Shown: piece by piece, positions 28,364 to 43,402 of the stretch
How the letters are laid out: each line of letters begins with the position of its first letter
How positions within the stretch are numbered: the stretch's first letter is position 1
From: Eledone cirrhosa
Taxonomy: Eukaryota
Length of the DNA stretch: 64,000 nt
NCBI GenBank assembly: GCA_964016885.1
Contig: OZ024741.1
Span: 384,524,001-384,588,000 of the forward strand
Direction: 5' to 3'
Notes under the pieces: model-generated
Database searches by the model: none
The model's input: the letters and a program-made list of their open reading frames with translations, nothing else
What the model was told of the DNA's origin: nothing
Position numbers and translations under genes: made by a program

Positions 28364-28458
28364 TCACGCGTGCCTCACGTTTCACGATCGATCAGGTCAA
28401 GGTACGATCAGTATGGATCACACCCGACTCTGAAATCGATAGCTCATCAGACTCGTGA
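28364..28458 (-). ncRNA. Decayed type I hammerhead with long stem II (cleavage triplet mutated)
   Basis: TCACGAGT-CTGATGA-GCTATCGAT..GTGTGATC(CATACT)GATCGTAC..ATCGATCGT-GAAAC-GTGA-GGC-ACGCGTGA. Confidence 0.55.
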
Positions 28459-28519
28459 TTTCCCTATTAACACTCTGCTTATGTGGGAAAAGGACTTAGA
28501 GTGCTTATTTTTATATATA

Positions 28520-29043
28520 CTTGGGTTGGCAATAAAGTCTTTAGAATAACCCTTTAAATGAAAATGCACAACATATTGAAACTAAAATTTATTTATTCTC
28601 CATTGAATGCAATAACATCTTTACAGTGCTTATGCAAAGCATTTAACTCTTTCTGGAACCGTTCCTTCGGCAATTGTCGAAACCAGTGCAACGATTCATC
28701 TACCACCTCTTCTAATGAAGTGAAAACAAATGTTCAAAGATATTGCTTTAATGACTTGAACACCCAACAATCACACAAATTTCAGTCGGGACTATATGGT
28801 GATTGTTTGATCATTGCCTCTCTTCTACTCTGGAAAACATCTTTTGTGGATTGAGCAGTTCAATGCGACTAACTCACAAGAATGACAGAAAAATAATTAT
28901 GCATAAGCCTGTGACAAAATACAGCATTCATACAGAATGTCCCACGTGTACAACAAAGTTCAAATTCCAACTAATATTAACTACATTTATTGCTATATAC
29001 GGCACACAACCCATTATTCTAAAGACTTTATTGCCACGCCAAG
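28520..29043 (-). mobile_element. Internally deleted mariner/Tc1 transposon
   Basis: 30-bp TIRs (CTTGGGTTGGCAATAAAGTCTTTAGAATAA, 2 mismatches), TA on both sides. Minus-strand remnant QSPYSPD*NLCD..FKSLK (YSPDL motif). Confidence 0.88.
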
Positions 29044-29129
29044 TATAAATAAATACATACATACATACATACATACATACATACATACATACATACATAC
29101 ATACATACATACATACATACATACATACA

Positions 29130-29670
<541 letters not shown>

Positions 29671-31367
29671 GAACCATTAAGTGTTATGGGGGAGTTTTCC
29701 ACAGATTGCGTATTGCCAGATGAATCCAGTAAAACCTTAGAGAAAAAAGTCACAGGAGGAAAATTAGCAGGGAAAAGGCCATAGGAGATACGTTACAATA
29801 CAAACACAGTATACACATATAGGTGCATCAGACCACTGAACGTTATTTTGGGGAAGAAGGGGCCTCTTTTTAGATTAATGCTGCCATATATATAGAAGTA
29901 AAACTAAAAATTTGTATCCTAATACAGTATACAATCTTAGCCATAGCCCTAACCCTATTCCTAATTCTAATCAGAATTTTAATGTTTTCTGTGGTGCATA
30001 CTTATATCTTCATAGATATAAGTATGCACCGTTTTAAATAAATTGCGCTTTTTGTAATATTTAAATAAATTCTGGCTTTTTTCCAATGTTTATTTCCTAT
30101 CCAAAAGTGTGGCTTTTCTCCAGTGATTTTATTTTTGTTAACTGCGCTCTATTTTTTTCTGATTATAAACCATTGAACATTCGATTTGGTAGATGCTACG
30201 ACACTCATTTCATAGATAACACACTCTTAAATAATAAACTAGTTAGTCTACTTCTTCTTAGTAGAACAAGTGATCTGTTCTACGATAATGTAATACATTA
30301 TACAAAATTTAACAGGAAGTCTGCTCTAGCGTAAGCTATGAGAGATAACCTAAAAGCAGCCTGACAAATTGTCGGCATATACTTAAATTATTTAAGTGTT
30401 CCGTGTAGAGAATGTGTGAGAATATTCATCAAAGAAGCGTCTCTAAGTTCCGATCTCAAGGTAACATAAATATGTTCATTGTGCTAGTTGGAGACAATTA
30501 AATAGGTCAGAATTCAGGTGCGCTTCTTAATGACCGTGTTCTGGGTTCTATTCCACTCCGGTGCCATTCTTCTGAATGACGTTCCTTGAGATTTTTATTC
30601 CGTCCTAGTTACACAAATATCCCTTTGATGTTCTCACAAGGGTAAATGCAATGAACCAATGTCTGACTGATCGGAAAATTGTAGAAAACGGTTCTATAGT
30701 TCAATAAATAAATACATAAATAAAAAGTGGACTCTTCACAAAGATATCATGTAAGTATAGAATTAGCTGTGATGCCACGCATCCAGGTGGTAAGGGGGTG
30801 TTGGGCTCATGTTTGTACATCGTGAATTTAATTCCCGGATCGGGCGACGGATTGTGCTCTTGATCAGTACACTTTATTTCACATTGCTTCATTCCGTTCG
30901 TCATGAAACTGTGATAACTTGCGATTTGATGAGCTTCTGGGTTTGAAACATACTTAATGGTTTCAGTTGAGTGTGGAAAAATAACTGTCTAGTGATGTCT
31001 ATTGTATTGATCCTGGATGTATCAAAGTTAAGGTCAGTCACTTGAGATTTTAACTGAAAATTTACAGAAATAGCAACAAAAAGGGCATTACTCCACTGCC
31101 AGTATAAACTATAGATTGCAGTGTACATTTAATCTTCATCTATAATGTACTTGTCCGGCCGCAAAATGCGAATAAAGCCGAGATATTTCAGTTTGCTAAA
31201 TTTATTATTCACAACATTGTTGATATTGAGCCCTAGGGCAACCCTTATTGGTGAGAAATATAAGAAAAGGTGTTCCAACCGAGATCATCCAAGGAGCAAT
31301 GGTCTAAATCTACCTAAATCTACTGCTACCACCCACGAACAGGTAGAGCCTACATTAGACGTGCATA

Positions 31368-31537
31368 CCGTATTTTCCGGTGTTAAAGACGCTACTTTTT
31401 TCCTAAAATAAGTCTCAAAAATCTACCATGCGTCCAGGAGGCCAAATGTGGTTTATTATTGTTTTTTTCAAATTTTTGGTTGTCAAAATTAGGGGGCGTC
31501 CTCGAGGACGAAGCTTCTTCAGCGCCGGGAAATACGG
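31368..31537. mobile_element. Tc1/pogo-type MITE
   Basis: TA|CCGTATTTTCCGGTG ... CGCCGGGAAATACGG|TA. Confidence 0.75.
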
Positions 31538-32099
31538 TAACTCTTCTTCTTGCTTTTTCGATTCAGCAACTATGTTGGTTTTAGGCATAAATGTCCAATC
31601 TAGCTAAGTGTAAGTTAAAGAGGGTGTAAAATCTCTTCTGGGATGCAACAAAAGCTCTCGTTCGACGCTCTAGCAATTCAACCAACCAAAAAGAAGAAAA
31701 AGCTTTATTGGATTTTGAACTCAGAGTACAAAGTACTGAAACAAATAATTTAAACAGACGTTCTAACGATCATTTCGCTGCCTTGTATATCACCTTGCGT
31801 TTCGCAAGTATCCAATATCTGTTTTATATGCTTCTTTTATTTATAGCTCAAGATTTCCAGCATCTCAGCGATTCTGGATTCAAAACCATTAGCAGTGTAA
31901 ATAAAATAAATTGGTTTCTCACATAAATATTAAACCTGGTGTTGTAAACGACAACGTGAGAATTGATTATATCCATGGTTTTCTCAATACTATTTGCAAC
32001 GAGATTGAAATGAAACTACTTGCAAATCGAAATCATACTCTAGATTCAATTTGAGAGTCTCAATTTTCACAGCACTGTGTTTCATTCCAGCCATGCAGC

Positions 32100-32872
32100 A
32101 CTTGGCATTAAACTTATCAAGTGTAATTTAGAGATCACCTTCTGTCGAGTTAAGTAACACTATATTCTCTGCAAATTCTAGCCGACTGATTTTACACCCG
32201 CCAGTCATGATACCACTTCCAATACGACTGCGCATATCAATTCTGTTAATGAAAATAATGAACAGGAGGGGTGACAGTACGTACAGTAGGCAGTGTCTGA
32301 TTCCCACATTTAATGGTTTCGATTTAGCATCATTTATCTGAACACAAATACTTGGGCATTTGTATTGAGACATCAGAGCAGCAAGAAGCTGACCTTCAAT
32401 CCCATACTCCTGCAGAAATTCCACATCAGGTTCCGAGGAACGCAGTCATATGCCTTTTCGAGGTCTACAAAACAAGAATATACCTCTTGGAAATACTCCC
32501 ACGATTTCTCAAAGACATGAACAATGTGAATATTTGGTCAGCTGTGTTGCGTCTGGAGCAAAAACCACACTATTCATCAGCTAGCTTCGATTCGACAATG
32601 TCCCTGCATCTCTTTGCCAGACACTTAGCGTAGACTTTACTAGGGAGGCTTAACAAGAAGATCCCTCTCTCTGTAATTGGAACTATCTCTCTTGTCTCCC
32701 TTTTTTGAAAATTGGGATTATCACTCCCGATTGTCATTGCTTAAGGGCCTTTCCTGAGATCCGGACCACTTGGGACACACGAGTCAGCCAGAGAATACTT
32801 TCTTTATTTAAGGCTTTTAACATCTCAGGCTGAATTTCATCTTCCCCAGAGGCCTTGCCACATTTGAGCTCT
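32100..32872 (-). pseudogene. RTE-type LINE RT fragment
   Basis: Minus strand GKASGEDEIQPEMLK, VIIPIFKKGDK, LSPLLFIIFI, LEFAEN (decayed FADD). Confidence 0.8.
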
Positions 32873-32874
32873 TG

Positions 32875-33366
32875 TGACCTCAGCCTCCGAGAGATTAGTC
32901 ACCGCTCTCAATGATACACCTTGTCTACATAAGAAGGGTAATGACCGAAAGAATACGATCGCGAATACAAGCGGCCGAAATAGGGTTCCTCCATGGGGTT
33001 TTGGAACAACGTTACTTGATAGAATGCGTAGATCAGATAGTCATTCCAGGAAGAGCCACTACTTCTCTGAATTGAGAGATCACTGCTCCGATATTATGGG
33101 CATGTGGTTAGAATGTCTCAGGAAATAATTACTGGACAGATTTTACGGGCAAAAGCAACCGGCAGGAGACCCAGGAGTAATCCCCGATCAAGATGGTTGG
33201 ATAACATCCATGAGCTTTGGCTGGTCCCGCTTGGAGATTCAGCCGGATCAGTTGGAGACGGTTACTTCTGACATGACCCACTGGAAGGAGTGTTTGGGGA
33301 TTTTGCCCCCACCACCCTCTCTGGAATAAGTGGACGAAGAAGAAGAAGAAGAAGAAGAAGAAGAAG
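32875..33366 (+). mobile_element. RTE-type LINE 3' end with (GAA)n tail, inverted relative to the adjacent RT fragment
   Basis: C-terminal remnant (..YYGHVVRM.., ..RWLDNI..) followed by (GAA)n at 33336-33366. Confidence 0.65.
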
Positions 33367-36300
33367 ATTCAATTCGAAAGAAAATACCATTTTTATTACA
33401 TGTAGTGGCATACGGCATTTTAAACCTGGCGGATGCGTCTCCTCTCTAGGTTTGAATACAGTAGATTTCTTCCAGAGAAGGAATGATAGTGAGAAAGTGG
33501 ACGTGAGGAAGGGATATAGAGGAAGAATCGACCCCAATGATAGACTGGTAATTCTTTTTATCGACCTCAAAAGGATGAAAGGCAAAGTTGACATCGGAGG
33601 GATTTGAATTCATGGAAAAGAGAGCCAGAAAGCCACAAATCATTCTATTCGACGTTCTAATAACTCTTCCAATGTGCCGTCTTTAGTAGATGTTATACAG
33701 AAATCTATATAACTAACGTTACTTTTGATATATAATGTTTAACATTAGTAAAGTAGTTATTATTATTTTCTTATTACTTTCTTGGTGTTACTTTCTTAAC
33801 ATCAATTGCGGATTATAAATTACTAGAAGTCAAAAGTTGTTAGAAGTTAGAACCAAATCTAAATTCTGCTTTATTACATATTACCTTTGATCATTGATTT
33901 CGTCTACGTGTTTTAATTTACCAGAAACTATTTACATACGTTTAGAAGAATCACAGATGCTGAGACAAAATGTTTATTTGACTATTTTCTTACAAAATTC
34001 TATTTCACACACAATTGAAGGTAACTCGCAATGAAAGATGGAGAACTAATGTGTGTAACTAATCATTTGTTCGCAGTGTCTCTCGGAAGAATATTAATCC
34101 CCATAGATAATATTTTAAAATATCAATTTCAATGAGGCCAAACCTTATAGATCTTATTTATCTTTCTTTTATTGTCTTTTGACATAGCAAATTCATTAAT
34201 CAAATAAACTAGTTAATACTACTTGTCTGTTATTCTTAAGAGTTTCGCAAATGTCAGGAAACGTTCTAATATCCCGCCGCTATTACTTAATTTGACCGTC
34301 TTATTTCTTATTTGTAGATTATAGGTAATATATTTACATCCTACTGATCGCAAGCTATATTTTCAGTTATGCTTTGGTACTCGTTATCTCCATCTTATCT
34401 GTTTTAAACACCATCTTTAAACTGAATGATGAGTATAGAAACATTAGTAATACACTGAACTGAAATATTTCAGAAGCATTTTCCTTAAAACTAAACATGT
34501 TTGTTTAATAATTACTAGACTACCTCTACAGCGTGGGTTGTGGAAGCATGCATGCATAGTCCCGTAACTCCTGAGAGAGTCGTCGGGACGCCGTATTATC
34601 ATACGACATTTCTCGGGTATTTTTAAACTTGGCGGAGCCCATCTCCTCTCCCGGCTTGAGTACAGCAGATTTCTTCCAGGAGATAAATAGTGAGAGAATG
34701 GAAGTGAGAAAGAGATATAGGGGAAGAATCGATCCAAGTACTAGACTAGTACTTTTTTATCGACATCGAATGGATGAAAGGTAGAGTTGATCTCGGCAGG
34801 ATCTCGGATTTGAACAAAGTTTATCTCGGATTTGAACAAAGTTGATCTCGGATTTGAACTCAGGGAGTAAGAGCCGAAACGAATACCACAAGAATTCTAT
34901 CCGACGTTCTAATGACTCCCAATTTTCCGCCTGTGGGTTATCAATATCCATATTTATTTAATCTAACTGAGAAATTGGACGCCGTACGGGCCTTTTCTGC
35001 AATTGCAAATTAGGATCAAACCATCCGATTTTGTTGTTCTAAAATGTATCATCCTTCCCAAACTTTCGAGTGATATTAAGGCAATGAGTATTCAAGTATT
35101 CTGTCAACTGAACTACATGCTCATTGAATTAGCATGCAATGGTCTGAGTATTCCACAGACACGTGTACTCTTTTCATAAATATTAGGCAGAATACACATA
35201 ATACAAGGCTGGACCTTTGATTACCAGTACGATCCATCTGACGAGCTTCCACACAGATTTCGTCAATCCAGTTTCACTCACAAATCTTGGGTCACATCGA
35301 GCCTATAGTAAAATACACTTACCCAAAATACCACAGGAATTAATCGAATCGAAGACCTCATGATTTCTGTATAAACTTCTTAACCACTCAGACATGCTGT
35401 GTAAACAAGTGTGCGCCGCAGCGCAGTCTCATTTACATAATATTACAATGTTAATGACCGAAAAATGCGTGGTCTTCGGCTATTATCACATACAGATTTG
35501 GAAGTGTGAATGAATTTAGAGAAATTGTTAAATAACAATGATATTAATCTGTTCTATTATCTTCATAAACTACTGAAAGCTTCTTCCTGGGCCTAATTTT
35601 ATAGCGAGACTCCTGAAAGTTTCTTCGTTGGCCTAATTTTATAGTGCGACAACTGAAAGTTTCTTTGTGGGGTTAATTTCATAGCGAGGCTAAATACGTG
35701 CATTTCTTTGTACATGTGTCTGTGAAAAGCTCAACGACTTGCTCGTTAATTTAACGAGAAAGTTGTTACGTTGATCGAACAACTGGAACACTTACTATCG
35801 AAACCGATGGGTGTTGATTCCATCTTTGTTTAATAGGTTATTGAATATTACTGAGAATTAGAAAATTGGTATTTCAAACTTCTGTATCTTCATTAAATTC
35901 ATAGATTATAAGTTAAAAGGGGTTTCTTTGGTAAATGTGCTATCATCCTGGTTGAGATTATATTTCAGATCAAATAGACGAATCTATTTTTCTATTTTCT
36001 ACTCAAAATTGTTCTACATGCACACGAAATAAAACGACTAGAAAGTGAATTATTTTAATAATAGTCACGTTTTATGTTGCAGTGTGGAGGTGGGGGATAA
36101 TAAAGATAAGGGCGATAAAGAACGTAGTGAAGTTGATTAAAATCCCTTGAGGAAATATCTATATCTGGTTTCTTAATAGCAGTTTTGGTGAAGAATATCA
36201 AGATTAATAGGATTGAGTTTCATGTATGGCTGGGAAAACTCTTAAATGAATAAACAACGCATAGCTGGAACTTAATATGCAAAGATCTGTATCAAACTGT

Positions 36301-39300
36301 GTGTCTTCTGCGACAAATAGAAACATATGCTGCAAATATTTTTTTTTTCCTAGAAGCTGAATATTATTTGTATTTAAATGTCACTTATCCGCTTTAATGA
36401 TTTTTGGCAGGAATATCACATAAACGTTCAATAATTCTATTTCTTTAATACAAGAACCACATATAGCTTATGCTTAAAACACATTTTTACACTTCTTCAA
36501 ATTCCTTATTCAGATTCTTGTTGAAGTTGCTGTTGTTGTTGTTAAGTCCCAGGTCAGTCATGATTAAGCAGGCCTATGATGAAGGATGTTCCAGTTATGG
36601 TAGACCCATCACTTTGTGTATCTAAAACTACACTGTCCAACAGTGCTTTTTAAAATGGTGCAGTTGGATTTGGTGACAACTGACTGCTATATTTAGCAAA
36701 TCGATCTACCACGTAGACGCCTCAGTTGCTTCTTTATAGCCAGTTATACAATCTAGCCACACATTGCCAAGACTATAACTCCGAATATTGTCTTCCTAAA
36801 CATATGTTGCAAATGAAACTTAACAGCTACGTTGCTTTTATTGTGGGTGTAACTTTAAACCGATTAATGCAGTATCGAGGCTTGGGGTGTTGTACAGAAT
36901 TACAGCCTCCTTATACACAAGTGCATCCATAAAACATTGAGTGTAAAGCTTTCAAGATTCAACCATGATGCTCTGCTAATCGATTTAAAATCACATCCAG
37001 AAAAAAGTCTAAATTCACTCACTGACACTGTCCAGCCTCTGCAACACAGAGGTGTTACCTCTTCTTTCGGCCTCTCCTACCGTTACTACAATGGTTTCTG
37101 CTCCTCGGATCTCGCTAGTCTCATGCCAACTCCTCTCTCCTGTTCTTATCACGCACGGTTTGTCCAGTCACCTAACCACTATGCCCAAGCCTTCCTACCA
37201 AGAAAGCCGGCCTTCTGATACCCCCTCACAACTCATGAATTTTCAAAAGAAGTTGACCTGGAACAGTTTAAACAGAATATCAAACAGCATCGATCACACC
37301 GGATACTACTCCTGCCTCCAGAGTTGCCAAATAAAAAGGTAACTCCTAGTTATGGGAGGCAATGGGGGAGTTTCTACGTAGTCACTTGATCTTCTATAAA
37401 TAGAAATCTATTTCTAACTACATCTCAGCATCTTTAAAAACAATTGGAAAGACTCATTAGATAATGTCGTACTAGTTGCTCCTAAAAAGACGGGATAGTC
37501 ACAGATAGAATCCATCCATCCGTCCGTCCGTCCACCCGCCCGTCCGTCCATCCGTCCGTCCATCCATCCATGAACTCCTGGTGGAATCATTGGGGACACT
37601 GTCGTAATATACGGTGTATCGTCAGCATTTCATCTCTTTCCGAGTCTGAACACAACGGATTTCTTTCAGAGAAGAAGAGAGGGAATGTGAGAAAAAGAGA
37701 CATAGAGAACGAATCAACACTTGTACTGGACTGGTACATTATTTTTCAACGCTGAAAGGATGAAAGGCACTATCGACTTAAACTGAGAATGCAGAGAGGC
37801 GGAATTAATACCGTAACGCATTCTATCCGACGACCTAAGGACTCTGCCAATTTACCGCATTACATTTAATGCATTCTATTCGATCAAAATTGACCTGGGA
37901 CCAACAACAACTTTTAGCCATTAGCAATACGAAATGTATTGAGAGCTCTAAAGGAAAATATACATATTCTTACGTTCAAAATACGTTTGTTATTGGGAAA
38001 ACATTGTGGATCTTTACAGAATATTTCCTGGAGAACAAATCTGACCCATAGGAATTCAATAAATCTACTGGATATCATTGCATGGTGTCAGAAAGAAGAA
38101 ATGAGCAGACGTTACTTAAAACATTAAAAGATGAACATTCTAACATTATTTTCTACATGAGTACTTATATATTGTCTGTTCCAGAAACAGTATTCAACAA
38201 AACAATATTGGAAAGATTGAAAGAACCAGTAGTCAGTCGTTCAGAAGGAGAAATCACGAATGGATCATCGCTGAAATATTTATCATAACGCCATTGTTGA
38301 ACGTTTTCTTCATACCACTTTTGTCTGATTTCCTTATCAGATATTTCACTATCTCACCTATATTCTTTTCTGTCATCTTTATTCCTGTAAATCTTGAATA
38401 TTCTTCATAAAAATAATATTTATGTACTGTCACTATCGTTAACGTAAAATCCCGAAATCCTGAGAGATGCACATGCGTGTGTGTATGTAAATATGTGTGT
38501 GTAAATGTGTGTTTATATATGTGTGTGTATTTGCATTGGTATATACATATGTACATATATGTATATGTGCACTTATGATTATATGTATTTGCATGTGTGC
38601 TAGTGTGTGTATGTGTGTTGGCAACCAATTATTTAAGAGGAAGTTGCTAGTCTATATAAATGCAATACCGTGAGGAAAAACAATATGTTTGACGTTTTAA
38701 TAGAGAAGCTGAACTTCCACATGTCCGCACTATTATACAACACTAGTGCTAACCTAATCGCGATTCTTATTCCGTCGATGATACTGTGTTGCAAACCATA
38801 TTTGAGACATTTAACCCTCAACATACCAGTAAATACCCAGTTAACTATATATATAAATACCACGTATTAGTACAGTTCACTACTGTACACAGTGAGAGCA
38901 CTGGGTGAACTTAGTTGTGCCTCTTAGTGATCCATTGTGTTGTAAGGCTAAGCTTTGTCAAGTTGACTTGCTATACACGATTAGTTTCAAAACAACGCAT
39001 TCAGTGATGCTCCGAACAAACCACTGGATTTTCAGACTCACTATTATTATAGATATATTTTACTTCATTTGAAACGCTAACATACTTAGGGATAGTATTA
39101 CTGACATAAATTCCTATTTCCTCTTACACGGGCTTCGTGTTGATATTGATGAGGATGATGCTGTGATCCATATTGTTACTATAATTACCAGAACCAATAT
39201 CAGGAGGGGGGGGGGGTTCAATGTGGCCGCTCGATCTCTTATAAATAGGAGTCAAATTTTCATTAAATCCCATCTTAAATAAAGAACAAATTCATTAAAT

Positions 39301-40739
39301 AATGTTGTTCTCATAACCCCAAAACGATTTGATGGTTAAAGATAGAATGATTTTCTTTCATTATAAGTTGGCTTAACGAAAACGTCCCTTTACAGTCTGA
39401 GTTCAAATCCCGCCGAGGTTAACTTTGCCTTTCCTCCTTACGGGGTTGATAAAATAAAGTACCAGTAATGCACTGGGTAATTGCTGGCCTTGTGCCTAAA
39501 GTAGAAACAATTAATAACATTAACAGCATCATCACTATCGTATAAATATTTACCTCTATATGTCCCTTTCGGAGGAAGTCTTCGACAATTTACACCACCA
39601 AATGTACAAATTGATAAAATAGTAAATAAAACAACAAATATTATATATTGAGTCTTATTTTATTCAGTAAAATGTTTTCGCTATCTGCACTTTGGTTTAC
39701 TTCAAAATCGTTCTTTACCTGTAAACCACAGACATTAGCTGCCAACGGCCAGGGTAGAATATCGATCTTGTCTCTGACCGTAATACTACGTCCTTCCGTC
39801 TTCCCGTTCACCACTGTTGAAGAAACGATTTAGCAAGTTCTAAATTGATCAAACATTGAATAGTTTTTCCATTAGACAGATTTTCCTGCTCTGAAAAGAT
39901 GTCTTTAGAAAGAAATATAATATTGAAACTGTTCCATTTTTTTTCCGTTTCTAGTTTATCTTTCCTATTTCTGTTCATTCAATTGGTTAGGCGGAATGAG
40001 ACGAAGATAAATTATTAACGGTCAATATTTCCTTTCTGCAGTTCCTTGAGTCGATGTAAAAATGCGTCTTACAGTCTCCTTATATTCTGCCAGTCACTGT
40101 AGCAATTTAAGTTATCTACTTCGAAATCTCTTTTCTCGAACAAATTACTAACAAATACTGTGCATTATTCCAGAGAAACACAACGTTATGTGTGTGTATA
40201 TGCATGTGTTCGTGTAAATGTGATGTGTAATTGCGTACATGTGGGTATGTATGTGTTTGTGTTCATAAGTAGGCACCTCTGAATGTGTGTGTGTGTGTGG
40301 GTGTGGGTGTGTGTGTGTGGGTATGTGTGGGTGTGGGTGTGGGTGGGTGTGTGGGGGGGGGGGGGGTAAAATAAATGCTGTATCCATAGCTTATATTTAA
40401 TGTAAAATGATATTAAATTATTAACATACATTATATAATTGGAAGGAAAATAAAGAATAGAAAACTTAAAGCCTACAACATGGATGGTAAGCTGAAATAA
40501 CACAAGACTACAGATAATAGTGAAAGGATGATACTGGTTGCAGACATTATAATCTATATCCCTTCTCCTATGGCGCGACGTTGAGGATTATGTTAGAATG
40601 AAATAATTGGGATTGCTGCTTTGTGAAACACAATTGAATGAAGGTAGTTTGAACTTAGGTACCACCTGGGAAATGTTTCCCTTGAATTTCAGTTATCTTA
40701 AAGAGAGAGAGAGACGGAGAAGATTAGTACGTGACAGAG

Positions 40740-41800
40740 AAATTTGATCTCACAACTTAAAGTGCCGTAACTGAATGAGAAAATTTGATCTCACAACTTA
40801 AAGAGCCGTAACTGAATGAGTAATTTGATCTCACAACTTAAAGAGCCGTAACTGAATGAGTAATTTTATCTCAGTACTTAAAGACCGTAACTGAATGAGT
40901 AATTTGATCTCAGAACTTAAAGACCGTAACTGAATGAGTAATTTGATCTCAGTACTTAAAGACCGTAACTGAATGAGTAATTTTATCTCAGTACTTAAAG
41001 ACCGTAACTGAATGAGTAATTTGATCTCAGAACTTAAAGACCGTAACTGAATGAGTAATTTGATCTCAGAACTTAAAGACCGTAACTGAATGAGTAATTT
41101 GATCTCAGTACTTAAAGACCGTAACTGAATGAGTAATTTGATCTCAGAACTTAAAGACCGTAACTGAATGAGTAATTTGATCTCAGTACTTAAAGACCGT
41201 AACTGAATGAGTAATTTGATCTCAGTACTTAAAGACCGTAACTGAATGAGTAATTTGATCTCAGTACTTAAAGACCATAACTGAATGAGTAATTTGATCT
41301 CAGAACTTAAAGACCGTAACTGAATGAGTAATTTGATCTCAGTACTTAAAGACCATAACTGAATGAGTAATTTGATCTCAGTACTTAAAGTGCCGTAACT
41401 GAATGAGTAATTTGATCTCAGTACTTAAAGACCGTAACTGAATGAGTAATTTGATCTCAGTACTTAAAGACCATAACTGAATGAGTAATTTGATCTCAGT
41501 ACTTAAAGTGCCGTAACTGAATGAGTAATTTGATCTCAGTACTTAAAGACCGTAACTGAATGAGTAATTTGATCTCAGTACTTAAAGACCATAACTGAAT
41601 GAGTAATTTGATCTCAGTACTTAAAGACCGTAACTGAATGAGTAATTTGATCTCAGTACTTAAAGACCGTAACTGAATGAGTAATTTGATCTCAGAACTT
41701 AAAGACCGTAACTGAATGAGAAAATTTGATCTCAGAACTTAAAGAGCCGTAACTGAATGAGAAATTTGATCTCAGTACTTAAAGAGCCGTAACTGAATGC
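40740..41800. repeat. 39-bp minisatellite (about 27 units) derived from a SINE internal segment
   Basis: Unit GTAACTGAATGAGTAATTTGATCTCAGTACTTAAAGACC; runs directly into a minus-strand SINE 5' end at 41800-41848. Confidence 0.92.
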
Positions 41801-41854
41801 TTCAAAGCATTTGTTCGGTGCTCTAACGCACCTACCAATCCACTGCTCTTGACG

Positions 41855-42340
41855 TATTTCTAATATTGGCACAAAGGCAACAATTTTGAAGGGGAAGGCG
41901 ATTATATCGACTCCCGTACGGCACTGATACTTTATTTTCTCGACCCCATAATGATGAAAGACAAAGCCAACCTCGGCGGAATTTGAACGCAGAACCTAAA
42001 GGGCCGTAACGCTATACCGTAAAATATGCTGTATGACGCTCTACCGATAATCTACCACCCTAGGCTGTTCTTCTTCTGGCACTCCATCGGTTACGACGAC
42101 AAGTGTTCCAGTTGATCCGACCGACGGAACAGCCTACTCATGAAATTTAAATGCAAGTGGCTGAACATTCCACAGACATACATAGCCTTAACGTAGTTCT
42201 AAGGGAGATTCAGCGTGACACAGAATATAACAAGACTCGCCCTTCGAATTACAGGCGCAACTCATTTTTGCCGCCCGGAATCGAACTCATGAACTTACGA
42301 GTGTAAGCCGAATACCCTAACCATTAAGTCACGCGCCTTT
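41855..42340 (-). mobile_element. Adjacent SINEs of two families (41855-42060 and 42064-42340)
   Basis: The first matches the main SINE. The second has a tRNA-like head (ccggaatcgaactc..taaccattaagtcacgcgcc) and a different body. Confidence 0.7.
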
Positions 42341-42575
42341 ACACCCCCAAACTGTATCATAATGATAGGCATGTGGATCGATACAGCTTATAAGGGAGTG
42401 GATCGCAATTTTTGAAAAGTATTATGTTGATGTCATGATAGAGAATATAGAATTGCGATAATGTTCGTTGCTTGATCAGAATGTGAAGTCTGTTACAGAT
42501 AAAGCTTTCTTAATCAGCGACCCACCACCAATCCACCGAGTGGAAAATTTAAGCTGCAGAGAAATGAGAAAAATA

Positions 42576-42765
42576 ATTGTTTCTATTTTAGGCACAAGGC
42601 CAGCAATTACCCAGTACATTACTGGTACTTTATTTTATCGACCCCGTAAGGATGAAAGGCAAAGTTAACCTCGGCGGGATTTGAACTCAGATCATAAAGG
42701 GACGTAACTCTATGCTTCAAAGCATGGTGTCCGACTCTCTACCGATACTGCCAATCTACCGCCCT
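42576..42765 (-). mobile_element. tRNA-type SINE (young copy)
   Basis: Close to consensus. Confidence 0.85.
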
Positions 42766-43177
42766 TGAAATGAGAAAAATAATGCACTGAGAAGTGTAAC
42801 TGGAATTTATATTATCAACATTTGTTTAGAATGTATGTTCAAGTAGTTATTTTGCTATGAAACATTACGCCTATATTATAGCATCGGTGGAAACAGTTCT
42901 ACACATTGTTGTAAGCCATGTTTTACATGAGAAAACACTCCATCATATATTAATCGGATTGAAAAATAATGTACTTGTGGATATACTTTTTTTTTTATTT
43001 TTCGGTAGTTAGCAAATGCATTTGAAGTTGCGCGTTCTTGTAGGTTAGATTTCGTCATAAATCAGAAGAATTTAGGTTCAATTATAAATAGTATTATATT
43101 GCTCATTTTTTACAATTAGCAGTTTTCCTGAATGTTGGAAATATTTATTAGAATTCACCTGACACAGGGGAGTGTCA

Positions 43178-43227
<50 letters not shown>

Positions 43228-43339
43228 ATATTCAAGCAGTTAAAAATAATATAATTTCTTGTATACATCTTATTCGTTGACTGAATAAAGCAACCATGAA
43301 TCTCTTCTTTCTTTTTGATACTACAGATTAACACAGCAA

Positions 43340-43402
<63 letters not shown>

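Noticed and set aside
37940-38290. Possible host exon or transposase remnant
   Set aside because: No recognisable motif, in-frame stop, no convincing splice pair.
40740-41800. CRISPR-like regular array
   Set aside because: Units are contiguous tandem repeats with no unique spacers; SINE-derived; eukaryotic context with no cas genes.
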